DNA of 45,650 bases, counting the filler, from Sphacelaria rigidula (taxonomy: Eukaryota), in assembly GCA_964200075.2 (NCBI GenBank). It is 2 parts of 2 records of this genome, joined end to end, with 100 filler letters (N's around TTAATTAATTAA, not from the genome) between each part and the next. Parts side by side here need not be neighbours in the genome. Positions count along the whole stretch, not along the records: positions 22,884 to 45,650 come from CAXNAA020000310.1; 1 more part is not named here. The stretch is one strand, 5' to 3'. The position numbers and the translations under genes are program-made. Position 1 is the stretch's first letter; each line of letters starts with the position of its first letter. Positions 33,014-45,650 of this stretch are shown here, piece by piece. Under the pieces are notes generated by a model, which ran no database searches, was not told the origin of the DNA, and worked only from the letters and a program-made list of their open reading frames with translations.

Positions 33014-35180
33014 CAGAAAACCATAACGACAACATCAAAACAGAAATCACGTCGGCGCATGTTGCGCACCAGAAACGTATCAAAATCCGTCTTGTTTCTA
33101 GCTTGACGGAGAGAAGAAAATCCCCCAAGGTTCCTGTGAGGCACTGCCTGTGAGATGAAGACAAGAGAGAAGGGGATAATAAGACAAGAGAGACGTGAAA
33201 GAGGAAAAAAGAGAGGACCAATCTTTGTCAGAAGCTGCTCCCGGCTTCACAAACTAGTACACACTCGCGAGGAACGTACCAGTATTAGTTATTCGTGGGT
33301 AGAAGATGGTGGCGTGTTGCACGCCAAAATCCCAACGGTATTACATGATAGCTGAAAGATGGCACTTGTGTTGGGTTCAAAACACTCAATCCTTTGTGGT
33401 CCGGGTGGGGGAGGAGCTCCCTCACTGCCATGTTCGCGAGCAAGAGAATCGCTCGTTTTCCGCTTACGGGAATCTCAAGACGGCGAACCCCAGTACTGGT
33501 GTAGGTATGTTGAACGGCCTTTGGTGTGAAGCTAAATTCATCTCAGTTTTAAAAACCACCTAGTAATGAAAAAAACATTTCTGGAGCGCATATTTCCACA
33601 CGTCACGCCTTCCGCAGGCGCAACAAAGCACCCGTGGTGTCCGATGTCATCGTCATACATCATGTCATACATCACATGCATCACACTGAACATCAAATAA
33701 AATGCAGAATATACAGACGGTACACTGGTATACCAACAGTGCAGCCCATAGATTTGCGCGCTCCCGGCTGTCAGGTCATCCCCACAGGTGTGATTTGTTT
33801 TTGTGTCCTGTGGCCGAAAACGGGTTGCAGTCACGACTATATGTAGTATATCTACTCTATCTGAGGAACTCCTGAGGATGTCCAGCAACCTGGTGAAGTG
33901 CAGTCCGACGACCGAGTACAGATAGATGATGCGATCTTCATTGACAACGGCGGCTCGAGTCCGTGTGACAGGCTCTCATTTTCACCATAGATCTCTTGGA
34001 TCAAAGTGGTTGACAGGTAAATGCACGTAGATGAGCATGCTTCACCAGAAGTTGTGCACAGGCGACTGGTAACACAGATTTTGAACCCAATTTGCTTTGC
34101 TTTCAACGAGTGTGATAAGTTAGTTATCCTGAGTTTGATCCCATTCCAAGGTGTCGGCACCATCGCACCATCGCAAATTAGGCACGCCAGGCAGCATGAC
34201 ACCGTCGCAGGCTGCCCAGACCTTGCTCGCTTCAACTATTTCAGGTGTGGGACCGTGGGTGCGTGCAATTATTCGTGTATTGTAGATACACCCACCAGAG
34301 CTTTACGCGAACCTGCCGCGAAAAGTGGACGATTGAAACGAGCTTTACTTCAAGTTTCAGGTCAAGTGTGGACCCTAAGAGTCACGTCTGTCGGGGGCTG
34401 AAGGTCTCAAGTGCTCGCTCGCGTGTGCAGCAGCGTCGAGTAGGCCAATCAATCAATAACCGATCATTCCGCAATTTTCGTCATGGGTACGGCACCGCGT
34501 GCACGAACCTGCCGCAAGGATACTGTACACTATATCGATATCGATATACACATGGATATGGATATACACGCGCTCTTCTCAGTCAGTTGCTCCCCACATC
34601 CCGCGAAGTGACTAACCTGTCTTCGCTCTCCCGAGATGAGGGGCGTATGTGCCATGTATGTGGGGAAATGACGGCCATGTTTAGCAGCATTTTCATCATT
34701 TTCAAGTGCAATGTTAAATCGCTCGCCGAAAAACACCCGCCAGGTATGGATAGGAATCGCCAGGCGTCCCGTCATGGACGTCCGACATTGTCTCCCCCTC
34801 CCTGATGGAGAACATTTCGAATTTCCATAATACGCAACGTAACATCGTCGCGGTTCAACAACGTTTGCTTCTGGACATGAGGTGAGGGTTTCTGAGTTGG
34901 AGAAGCGGAGTCACAACCCCCGGGAAGTTTCAGGTGAAGAATTGCGTCAAACAAACGGCCAGCGTTTGGGTCGTCTACATCTGAGTCAAGGGTGATGACA
35001 GCATTACATACATGCATAAACACGAAAACAAAATCACTCAGTTTGGGATTCTCGCCCCTCAGGTCGTCGTTTCTAGACATATAGAAAGTATTTCCCAAGG
35101 CGACACTTTACCGACGCGTGGCAGCGTCCTGTCTCGGATGAACTTCGGGTAATCGGACCAATCGGATCAATCGCTCTCAC

Positions 35181-35343
35181 CAAATCCCCTTCCCTTGCAG
35201 GGCATGTTCTTCACTCGTCCCGCTTCCACGTCCCATTTTTTCGCGACGACCTCCAGTCTCCGCACAAACGACGAAGGCTTGCCCTTGGCCAGCCAGTTGA
35301 TAAGCCAAGCCGGAATGCTGCCCCCCGGGTTGAAGTGATGAAC
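35181..35343 (-). CDS. START-domain protein exon (C-terminal START motif)
   Basis: CAG|GTT; VHHFNPGGSIPAWLINWLAKGKPSSFVRRLEVVAKKW...GRGF(G); G|GTGAGA donor. [DN]PGGxIPxWLxN is the START signature. Confidence 0.9.
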
Positions 35344-35866
35344 CTGCTCAAAACACGCACATGCAGTCGGTGAGGTATTATTTTTTAAGCACACGTACAA
35401 ATGTCAACGCCAAGGCAGCGCCGTGGACTACCGTGCGCTGGGCACATACAATGCCCGTCGTGAAGAGATTTTTGGGGCTCGCAAACCTATCCTCCGGACG
35501 TGATATACTACGTACTGCTTACTGCGATACAGTCCTGGAGCTAACGGTACGGTATCACCAATGGCCGCAAAGTCATCCCCTAGCGCCCAGGGGTGTTATC
35601 CAAGGCAGGGAAGTCATACAGTACAATTACTCTTACCGGATGATGCCGTAGTCAACGATCGTGTGATAATGGTAACGCGCAGAAAAATCTCTACATGACC
35701 GTAAACAGACACAGAGCGATTTCAGCGGAGATGGATCTGCGTGACATCGGGTGGTGACAAAAGTGACATTTCCTAGGACGGGGGAAACGGTGCTGTCTGC
35801 GCAGACAAGCCAACGACCCATCGTGTTTTGGGCATTCAGTCGTGAGCCTTGCACCTGGTGACTCAC

Positions 35867-35962
35867 CATGGTAAACTCCGACGTATGCTTGTCCTTGCCA
35901 GCCTTAATGAGAAATACGCCGTGCAGAATCTCTCCGCGGACGTATCTAAAAGTCACCGGTGC
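35867..35962 (-). CDS. START-domain protein exon
   Basis: CAG|GCA; APVTFRYVRGEILHGVFLIKAGKDKHTSEFTM; ATG|GTGAGT; 96 nt; YVRG motif. Confidence 0.9.
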
Positions 35963-36540
35963 CTGTGCGGGGAAAACAAGCAAAAGTGCATATCCGCGCC
36001 AGTTACAGCAACACCAACGTCACCCACAGCAGGGCTACTTACCCCGTCACCACAAATCAGCAGTATTGACTTACGAGCGCAACGCAGGCGCTCAAGTGTC
36101 TACGTTTCATAAATGGACATGAGAAACCTCTCTCCTGCAGCCAACGCCGCGAGTGTGACCCAGTAAGCCAGCCCACCAGACGAGAATGGACCGGGTGCTC
36201 CAGTTCAACGGTACTGCACACCGCACAACCTGTTTATTCCTTCGATACTCTGTCCTTCACAGAATCCCAGTCATTTTCCTCGCGATAGGTGACACAGCCA
36301 ACACAGCCAACACAGCCAGCTGCCGCACGACACTAGCAGTAGCAGACATAAACTTGATCGCCACGTTGGACAAGGGCAGGCTGCAGCAAGCTGGATTCTT
36401 TTCCACGGGAGCCGTGCAGGCAGTACTCGGGAGCGATTCAACACTTGGCGATACACGCAACCAAACGGGGACCGAGTTTCTTCAAGCTTTCGGAAACACT
36501 GATTTCAAACTGCGAGAGCAAACGCGGCTCGACGTATCAC

Positions 36541-36723
36541 CTCCGGATGTGTTGTTGCTGAGTTAACGATGGCAACGCTGCCGTCGTCAAGCGTCGCCCT
36601 CCTAATGTGAGTTACGAAGTCCCTTCCCTTGCAAGGCCATATCCCCATGGTAGCACTCCAGCTGACCTTGTTATCTCTGTCTAGCACCTCTATGTCTCGA
36701 CCATCCTCTACTAACGGGTTGTA
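36541..36723 (-). CDS. START-domain protein exon
   Basis: CAG|TAC; YNPLVEDGRDIEVLDRDNKVSWSATMGIWPCKGRDFVTHIRRATLDDGSVAIVNSATTHPE; GAG|GTGATA; WPxxxRDFV and SxxHP START motifs. Confidence 0.92.
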
Positions 36724-37613
36724 CTGAAAAGCAATGACGTTTCGTCGAGCAAAAACAGAAAAAAAAAGAGACGAGCAAAAAACCCGAAGGCGAGTGGGCG
36801 GCGACAGGGATGGGGAACATTTCAAACGAGAGAGCACCACCGATACCTCGACAAGGAACAGGATACTGGCCACCATGTGAGCAGACATGAGGGAGTAAGA
36901 AATGTTGGGCATGCGAAAAGATCTGCAAAAACTAAAGTGGTCAAGGTGTGTGGGAATGCAACAAAACCAACGTTGGTGGTCTCGCTCGTGCCCCTAATCA
37001 GTGTTGTAAGAGAAATGACATACCTCTCCAACTAATAAGAGATGATAACTCCAACATGCGCGGTCGAACCCATAGATCCTAACTCCGTAATGAATACTAG
37101 AACAATTGACTTGATTGTACACACGGTTGAAGGGTGGAGGCGTCCACGAAAAAATGATAAGACAATATCGGCCATCAATGATATCACTATCCAGCAAACA
37201 ACTTAGTTCTGGCGGATACGAAGCCACAGCTACAAAGATGAAAACGCGAAGGAGCATGCTTTATTTGTCTCTCTTGTAAGTGTGACCACAGCAACGCGGT
37301 TCCCATGACAGTACGGCTGCAGTAACTGAGTTGACGAACGATCTTCCAAGCAGAGATTCATTGCTCAAGGTTCAGTCCGAAGTTCAGGCCAGTGATTCTC
37401 AAGTTCTCAGATTAATGCCGTGCGCGCACTTCCATTACTCTGCCTTTTTCTACAGCAGTACCTGAAATAGTCCGACTACTTGTACCAACGTCAACGACAA
37501 AAAGTGATGAAAGACGACGTGAGATTCTCCTCCGCAAAATCTACCTGAAATGCTTAATCTGTCAGCTGCAAATGATGGCTGAGATTGTGGAGAGCGTGAG
37601 ATATTCTATCGCA

Positions 37614-37943
37614 TTATTTTTTTGTCACCCTTTAACCCCTCCCCTTCCTCGGCACTAGTCCGTGGTCTCAAGGCAGCGAACAAATCATCTCGCCCCCGGT
37701 ACACGCCTTCCTTACATTTTGGTCTCGCGGATTGGATCATGACCATCAGAACTCCCGCACCGCGTCAATTTCTCGTCAAACAAACTCCGTCAACTATTTT
37801 TCGTCTACTCACGTACTCACGCTTTGGACGTTGGAAATCAGAAACACGAAACAAAAAACTCAACGCACCGGAAAGCGAACCCACGTTCTCTCCACCCTAT
37901 ATACCCTAATGGTGACAGTCGGACCATTAGACCACCGGGGCGC
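37614..37943 (-). mobile_element. tRNA-derived SINE (family S), copy 2
   Basis: Head GCCCCGGTGGTCTAATGGTCCGACTGTCACCATTAGGG...GGGTTCGCTTTCC; collinear with 20964-21286; intronic in the START gene. Confidence 0.8.
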
Positions 37944-38270
37944 GCTCGTTGCGGGTACATCTACTGGCAACAGGGTTGCGTATCCTGCGTCAACAAACTG
38001 AATATGATTAATACTAATGTTGTTGTTGCCTGAGGCGTGAAAGGTCGACACCAATACAGGAAAGTTACGTTTCATCACAAACTGTGCTCGACCCAGATCG
38101 ATTATCTCCTCTGCACGACTTGTTACATCGACCATCTCTGCCCGAATAAACCACACGGCTGTTTTCGTGTTTTGACGATTTAAACCGGTCATGGAATCAA
38201 TCTGTCGAGATTTTGTACCTACCGACCACTCGCAGCGACACGCAGTATAGTCCTAGTCCTTGGCGCCCAC

Positions 38271-38393
38271 CTGTCTGACGATTTCAATGTCCCCCGGCGT
38301 TAATACCTCGAACAGCGCTTGGGGAGTGGCAGCGAGCGTGGCGCTTGACTTGATTGCCACGAACGCACTGCCCGGCACTTCTCGCTTCCAAAC
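38271..38393 (-). CDS. START-domain protein exon
   Basis: CAG|GTT; VWKREVPGSAFVAIKSSATLAATPQALFEVLTPGDIEIVRQ; CAG|GTGGGC; 123 nt, phase 0/0. Confidence 0.88.
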
Positions 38394-38757
38394 CTGCACG
38401 GCACAACAACACGAAAGACAACACAAGCCGGGTCGTACATTGAGAGCAGTGAGTTTTATTGTAGCAGTGGTCATCAGAGATAAGATACCCCCTTCACCAG
38501 AACTGCCGTTACGAGTGTTCAGCACACTTCAGCAACTGAGGTCTCCGTGTTCCTATGGGCTAGTCGGTGTACAGGGTGTTGCGACACATGATGTTGTTTG
38601 CCATTACTCCCTCAACACGTCAACCGACCTCTAGCCGACTAGCCGATACACTTCATTCAAAATACGTTCTCCCTGTTTGCATCGCCAGTCAAGTAGCGAG
38701 TGGCTAAAAATTTGCCAAATTGGTCACACTTGGGTGTAGTACACACAACAGACTCGC

Positions 38758-38838
38758 CTTGACGCGCCCATCATCCGATACCCGCGTCCATCCTCCGTCT
38801 GCCTTGTCCTCCAACAGCCACGACACGTTCTCCCTGAC
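38758..38838 (-). CDS. START-domain protein, most 5' exon identified (GC donor); upstream exon(s) not located
   Basis: TAG|GTC; VRENVSWLLEDKADGGWTRVSDDGRVK; AAG|GCGAGT donor. Joining gives GWxxxxxxGxVKVWKR, the START N-terminal strand pattern. Confidence 0.75.
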
Positions 38839-40904
38839 CTAGAAGGGGTGTGGTGAAGGCATCATTAGTGTATTGCGGCCTGGTGCGAGTGACTCGCGTG
38901 CAATTTGAGCCCGCTCGCGGGGGTGCATATATTGTGAACTACTCCGGGAGATACTGCAAAACAATGGGTATTCTCCACGAATTTATAGCCCCTCATACGC
39001 ACCCAGTGACTACTACTCTCCTGCTACACCGCTTCCAACCTCACAAAGGCAACGCATATCACCTTGAGATAATCAGCGTCCTGTCGCAAAAAAAATCGCG
39101 CGCTTACATACACCTCGTCAATTAGACACCTTGGTTGAAGTTCGATAACGTGTCGCAAAAATCGACTTCAATCTAGCACAAACTGTGCCTACGCAGCCAC
39201 GTGTTGGATAGCGCTATGCTAACATCAAATATAGGAACCTCCTGGGCGACGTTGTCTATTGGAACAAGTAATACATGCATATAATCTAGGGACGCTTGGC
39301 AGTCCATTACAAAAAGGTTCGATAAGATAGCAGTGGTGGGAGTGAAAAAGCGCGACAAAATTCGGACAAGCATTTAGATCGAGGGAAATATTAGGTCAAG
39401 GCGTCCGTGACTTTCAAGCACGAAGGAAAGGCTTTCCAACACGTGAACAAATTCAAGCACGTACACAAATGGCGCAATATCGACCTTACGCCAAACACTC
39501 ACCGAAAACGTACACCGTAAGTATAGTACAAGCGACCTTGAATCCGACAGCGAGGGCCATGTTCGGCGAATATTCATGCTCCAAGCACACATTTCGACCG
39601 CATCTCATATGTCAAACACCTAGCAGAGACTTGAAGATACCTTCAAGGTGGGACCGTGGACCGTCGGTGCTAATTTCTGTCTGGAAAGGGGGTAGTATGA
39701 ATAGTGTTGCTGTGTATTGGTGCCTTGCGGGCAAAATGGTACGCCGATAGGTGGCGGCCACGCTGCACCATCCTGGCCCCCCACGATGCGTGTGGGGTAG
39801 GCCATAATGTATAGCGTCTAGCTGAGAAAAAAATATTTCAACTGCTTTCGGCTACAGAATTAACGACACGACTGTCTGTATGCCTGCCCGGCGGTCAAGT
39901 CGGACGGTTTGAAATTTGCACACTGAATCGTGATCTAGATAAAACTCCAGTACTTGAGACGGTCATGCGTTGTACTATACTGTCTGTACTGTGGCGTACT
40001 GTCCTATACTGTACTGCAGGATCCAATACCGTGTACGTTCGTGTTGCAGACAATGCTATACCAAGTACAATGCATCAACTGTTCAACGTTCATGCCACAG
40101 TCGTTGACAGACATGGAGATCACGCACGCCAACGTCGATGCCCTTGGGCCGTAAGACGTGTGGTATCCAGCACCGCCTCTTCGAGAAGCATTGCCTATGC
40201 TGTACACAGTCTGCAGGGGGGTGACGGGATTGATGTCCGCTGTCATGTTCTCATGTCCGACCACAAACTCATCAGATCGGAAAATTAGCACTGTTCTTGC
40301 GCCAGTTGGATGCATAAGGTCTACATGTTAAGAACCGCGGCATGTGATGGTAATGCAGCTTCATGGGATGGCCGACGATGTGAGGGTGTACCGACGGCCA
40401 TCGTGCACTCAAGGGCGGTGCAATTGTTCACGTAGTGTACGCCATTGTTCGACGATATTTTTGTCCCCTAGTCTTGACTTATCTTTCGTCTATCTTGTAT
40501 ATTTTCCATCTTGTAACCCCCAAGTCATTGCTGGGGTTTGGGCTCGCTCAGGTTCAGTTTATGACATTGCGTACACCCGAGTAGCCATCACGGTTGCAGT
40601 TGTGCCGGATGAGTGAACGTGAGGGCAGCAATCGACCCCGTCACTCTTGCTGGGTTCGTCACTGCGCTGCGTATCCTGCTTATCCGCAGCTGTGTGGCCA
40701 TGAAGACGTCCTCTGGGGAACTTAGCGGGATGGACCAGCGCCTTGACGTGGCTGAAGTAGATGCCGCCGGGACACCGTCGAGAGATGCTATTCTTCTCTC
40801 ATGCCATGGTTACCTCTCATTTTCAGCTGACGCCTCCCAATATTCTCCCCAAAATTGAGCACACATTCGTAGGTGCAGCCTCCCCCCACTTGAAAAGACC
40901 AATT

Positions 40905-41357
40905 CTTATGGGAGCCGTTCAAAATTATAATAGAAAAAAACTGCCGGTGAAAAACAACACTCCCATTGACCAAAATAGTGACGATTTTGAACAAGAGTGG
41001 CCTCCCAAAAATTGAAAGGATCCTCCATATTGGCCAAGCGTCTAAAATTTGGAGACGATTTCAAGCACCTGAACAAATGTGATGTTCAGTTCAACGTTAG
41101 GCGAAGAAGTAAAATACAGGGAATGTCATGTTTTACTGTACTGTGTAGCCGTTGAGTCTCCTCTGAGTGCTGTTGTACAATAGCGCAACCCCTAGGTCAC
41201 GCCAACTTCATATTGATTAATTGATTATTTCACACATATGCAACACTTCAATTTTTGTGTCATAAGAGGGCTATTTTCCTCTCCGTTCAAAATCGCGGTA
41301 GGCACAAAATGGCGGTGAATGTTTTCAAAAATATTTTTTGAACGGCTTCTATAGAAG
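40905..41357. repeat. Degenerate fold-back element
   Basis: gagccgttcaaaatta pairs with tattttttgaacggcttc, and gattttgaacaagag pairs with ctctccgttcaaaatc, in nested order. Confidence 0.5.
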
Positions 41358-42121
41358 TTTGTTTGAACTCGCATGTTTTCCGTTCCATGCTCACGGCCCA
41401 TGCGAATTTTCTTGTCAGTTCGAAGAATGATTACCGCTTTTAATTATTTACGACGATTTGAAATGGCATTTCCGTGGAATAAATGGCCATAACTACCGCC
41501 CGTCCTTTGGTCTGATGACTAGATTTTCGTCGCCAGTGTTTCCGAACCGTAACTTGCTCATTTCGTTTTGACGGCTGGGAGTCATGCCAGGGTTAGGACT
41601 TCACTTTCAGCCCTAGATCGTTCTCATTGAGGAGCCACTAAAAGTTACCATAGTGGCTAGACAGACGCACGAGTCAGAACATTCTCGCTCAAAAATTCAT
41701 CCGAGGTACCCCTAGTCGATAGGAACATAGGAATAATGATCGTGGCGTGCTATCACACATTTTATCAGTCGCTTTATTGATGAGATAAGGGGCCCGTCGC
41801 AATTCAAGCCTCAGAAATACTTCATGCCCCCCTACCGTTACATAACTCCGGTGATAACCGGGAATTCCTAACCCTTTTCGCACTGGCGATGGAAAAGTGT
41901 GGATTCCGAGGTGCTGTTTTTGAGCGACATATGGCTGAGTGTTAATAGTTTCCACCCAAAAACATTAGCCCGAGGCATGTTTTTCAGACCGGTATGAGAA
42001 TATGTCCCTCTGCAGCACGAGGCTCAGTACATGGAAATGGACAGGTGGTGCCGATTTTAGTTCGTGTAGAATTCAGGCACGCAGGAGCTAATTTTGGCTG
42101 TGTGCACAAAGTTGAATACAC

Positions 42122-42326
42122 TTGACCCGTTCCGTACCCTCATCGGACAAAAGTCATCTAACCGTACAGGTTCAACATTATTGGTGCGCGCATGGCGGAT
42201 GCTGGTGGATTCTTCTGTGGCCTTCCGCCGTAAAAATGGTTGCCGTCGGTCTTTTCTTTATGTCAGGGCTTGAAATAATGAGGCGTCTGGCCCGGGGACG
42301 GAAGGGGAGGGTTCCCAAAGGGTCAA
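42122..42326. mobile_element. Possible second piggyBac-like MITE
   Basis: TTGA|CCCGTTCCGTACCCTC ... GAGGGTTCCCAAAGGG|TCAA imperfect TIRs. Confidence 0.35.
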
Positions 42327-42397
42327 CCTCGGTGACAACAAGGTGTGTACGTTCAAAATTTCAGGGGGGCCACGCTATACATCCAACTGGTGATTCG

Positions 42398-42446
42398 CGT
42401 GGTGATGCATGGTCAAATGACTAAGGCAAGCAACAAATGAGTACGC
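42398..42446 (+). mobile_element. LINE family A 3' tail followed by a C-run
   Basis: cgtggtgatgcatggtcaaatgactaaggcaagcaacaaatgagtacg|cccccccccc. Confidence 0.85.
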
Positions 42447-43393
42447 CCCCCCCCCATTTGTCGTACTATCTTGAGGTGTCGCCCCATGAGACATAAACGG
42501 AACACGACTCACACTCGTTCGATTGTTCGCCTGTACCTTTCATGTACACCACGCGTGCTACGCCTCCCCTCAGACGCGCACCGATGTTGGCGAGGTCGGG
42601 GGTGAAGTATGACGCCAGCAAGGCTGAGGATGGTGCAAGACTACGTCGGCGGTGGTTATTAAACTAGTCGGCGGTAGTTGACGTCATGATTTTCAGTCCT
42701 GCAAGTAGACGTCTGCTGCATTTGAGGCCAAGCCGGCGGTTGAGGCTTTCTAGGGCGTGCTTTCATCTCGGGTGCTTCGATTTAAGATGGACAAGGCGGA
42801 CAACATCACCGGCGATCGAACAACGCCGAAGGATTGTCCGCGGTGCTGTCGGCACTTCTGATATTTTGCTGTTTGATTGGAACATGGCAAGTGTTCCGGA
42901 AAAATTCGACATATGGCGCGGAAGCAGGTCTGGAGCGTCGACAGTGAAGCAAGGAGGAACACTTGTGATTGTCGGTGTATGGCTATCTTGTCAGAAGTGG
43001 AAGAGAGGTCTTCAGAATGTCAGCAATTAGCGAAGGGGTATGTGAACTCACGCTCCGTCCCATGCTCGTGAGTCTTCGGACACAATGCATATTGCGTGAG
43101 AATTCAGCCGCAGAACGCATTCTCACGGCAGCACGGTCAAAAATATTTTAGCATAGATATGCCCTCTCTTGCGGGGAACATCCAACAGTCAAGAGTCCAA
43201 AGTCGTAACGAGGTGCCTCACCCACGGATATGCAACACGTAGCAGTGTAGAATTCCTGTCGGCGCATGCCCGCTTATTCTAGTATTTGCCTGGCAGCAAA
43301 CATTCGCCGGCGCGTCGCATGCATAAATGTACCAAATCAAATTTTCGTTTTCATACCGTTTCTTACTTTCTCCTCTTCTTTTTGTCGTTCTGT

Positions 43394-43825
43394 CTGGCTT
43401 TCTCCGTTATGGGGCATTTGATCCAGATTTTGGCCCCCAAGCAGGGAATATCGCCATCACACGTCTTGGACACTTTACTCAACCCCACCGAGGAGAGTCT
43501 AGCCCACACCTTCCGATTCGCTTGGATACGAGGTTCCGAGAGTGCCCTCTGAACAAAACTTCACACGGACATGGCAAAAAACGGTGTCTGCAGGTTTCTG
43601 TGGAGATTTCTCGATTTTCCACGTTGCCTTCACATTTTTTCATGTCTTGCTCGATATTTGTTTAGAGGCCACGCTCGGAATCTTGGAGCCAAGTGAATCG
43701 GAAAAGTGGGGTGCACTCGTCCCAGTGGGGTACGCAAACAGTCAAAGGGTCCAACATGGGTGATGGCCATATTCCCCGTGTGAGGGCAAAAACTAGATGA
43801 AATGTCCTGAAACTGAAAAATCCAG
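43394..43825. mobile_element. Fold-back MITE (~430 bp, ~190-bp imperfect arms)
   Basis: gggaatatcgccatcacacgtcttggacacttt...ttccgattcgcttgg...ttccgagagtgccctctgaacaaa versus the reverse complement of tttgtttagaggccacgctcggaa...ccaagtgaatcggaa...gtccaacatgggtgatggccatattcccc. Confidence 0.8.
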
Positions 43826-45580
43826 CAAAGCATGAAAAAACCCCGTGAGAAACAGCTCGCTGCAGGATACTCTTGTTTGAGGACACGTCGTACTATTTCG
43901 GAGATCGCCAGTCTCCGGCGATGGCCACAGGCTACACGTGGGGCAGCTGTCGGTACTATTCACACTCAACTAGAGATAGTTATCTTCGGTGATCCTTCGA
44001 CGCGCTTCGTTGTGGGAAAAGTATGACAAAATTCTGAGTGAAGAGTCCGAAATACCCGCAAAATTGCGAGAAGTACAACGAAATCTACACTCGTTAACCC
44101 TGAGACCCTGACGCATCGATGCGTTCACGCACGCCCAAACTCGCGCACCATATTGCCTCTGCACGATAAGTCTCTGTTTGCAATCAACGTTGCTCTCGAC
44201 ACCATAAAAACCATTAGGCATCGGAAGACCATGTACCGAACCCTAACCCGCTACGCGCTCACGAACCCTTGTGCACTTGGTCGGCTCGATCCATGCCGTG
44301 CTGCCGAGCTGCCGAGCTGCCCAACTTGTGCCGATATGACACCAATATGTTTCCGTACGTCGGATATGCGGCGCAGCCGCATCTCATGTTACTTTCGACG
44401 GTTGATTACTGCCGTTTTCCACTTTCGAACAGCAACTGTTCTTGTGGATTTCTTCACCGCGGCTCGACCATCTGCCGTGAAATTTAAAGGACTAGTCGGG
44501 CACAACACAGGCAGCACGTGCTCCAGTCGGCGGCACGTTCGGACCGTGCCACAAAAATAACGAAGTGAATACCGATTTGGGGCAATACGATCGATACCCC
44601 CCTCAACACGGCTTTCCCGCAGCCCAGATTGCGTGAACTGTGAGTGGATGCATATCTAAAAACGCTGGTGCACCAACTCCCACATCATGAGCAGCTGGGC
44701 GGCTGCTGCGCTGGCGAACGAACATTGACACCCGAGATAATGACGATGTACAAAACTCACTCACATATCGGCTGTAGTGGTGCTCAGTTCGAGACGGACG
44801 GCCGTACGCGCGCTGGAGGCGTTGCAACGCGAAGAAACCGCGGTGTCATGCCATGTGAAATACAGTCAAGGTCATGTTGCTGAATCTGGAGTACGCGTTG
44901 CAGCAGTGCGTAACGTGGTGAAAAGAGATGAGATTTGTAACTGTAAGACCCCCTTTTATGGCAACGAACCTTGATTCGTACAAATATGAGGATTTCAGCC
45001 CGTCTACAGGCGATTTTCTCCCGTGAATTGATTTTTCGGACCCCAGTCTGTTGGACAATGTTTTCCTAGCTGTGAGCAAACCAGATAAATTCTCCGATTC
45101 TCTGGACGTTGACTTTTGGTTCACCACCTTTCTGCCCACATTGGGACACTGCCTCATCTCCGCCGATTTCTTGAAAAAAATCAGGGTCGCAAGCTGTTTA
45201 CAGCAGTACGGTTTGTGCCATACCGCACACAACAACGTCAAGTGACATGGCAACAGTCTTGGCGCACAGAAAAAGTACTACAGAGTTCGAAATCTGTGGC
45301 GGGCACGACGAGTGCTGCTGCTACGGTACTGTACTGTACATGCACGATGCATAGCTACACTTGCACTGACTGTACTACACTTGTACGCGAGGAATGTGTG
45401 CTCCATCACTGTACCATCGCGGGTGCGGTGTGCGAGGAGTGTGTGACGCAACTTCACTTTTTTAACAAAGAAAATTCTTTGCGAAGTGACGGCTTTTCTC
45501 AAAGAGATTTGGGAAAATCTCGCTGTCTGGAACCGGCGGTCAGTTTCCAGAGACTTTTCTCATGAAAAATGACTTCACAA

Positions 45581-45650
45581 GGCCGCTTCTCATCACGACT
45601 ACGAATCACCAAATCCACGATTTCTTCGGCCTGATTGCCCAAAAGGGAGA
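45581..45650. mobile_element. Possible left end of a Harbinger-like MITE (family H) running out of the window
   Basis: Begins GGCCGCTTCTCA, matching the reverse complement of the 22986-22997 terminus. Confidence 0.4.

Noticed and set aside
36940-37460. Probable interspersed repeat in a START intron
   Set aside because: Single copy in this window with no TIR, TSD or coding signal I can demonstrate
39000-45650. Upstream exon(s) and start codon of the START gene
   Set aside because: No segment had convincing splice sites plus protein-like sequence; candidates near 40560-40800 and 42535-42640 look like repeat relics
1-45650. Fanzor/TnpB, intact transposase, integrated giant-virus genes or prokaryotic defence systems
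   Set aside because: No RuvC, DDE or viral hallmark motifs were recognisable, and there are no long intronless ORFs

Overview
Eukaryotic, intron-rich and transposon-littered DNA. The long introns, gene content and repeat style fit a brown alga (Phaeophyceae); this taxon is an inference. Almost all ORFs in the supplied track are spurious, and the real genes appear only after splicing. Two convergent multi-exon genes can be assembled with phase-consistent splice sites. (1) A + strand Golgi-type PAPS-dependent sulfotransferase: exons 5022-5426, 9203-9304, 13765-13867, 16990-17246, 19321-19484 and probably 27678-27831 across an assembly gap, about 394 aa. (2) A - strand START/StAR lipid-transfer domain protein with a C-terminal transmembrane helix: exons 38838-38758, 38393-38271, 36723-36541, 35962-35867, 35343-35181, 32605-32073; its 5' end was not found and it has one GC-AG intron. 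The rest is nested mobile DNA: degenerate LINEs, tRNA-derived SINEs, piggyBac-like (TTAA) and Harbinger-like MITEs, CMC/EnSpm-like elements with 2-bp TSDs, and fold-back elements. The most notable signal is a LINE plus a ~500-bp non-coding partner element that share the 3' terminus ATGAGTAC(G) and repeatedly sit in poly-C/poly-G runs with C-run target-site duplications, which suggests a homopolymer-C-targeting retrotransposition system. No CRISPR array, rRNA or intact tRNA was found.
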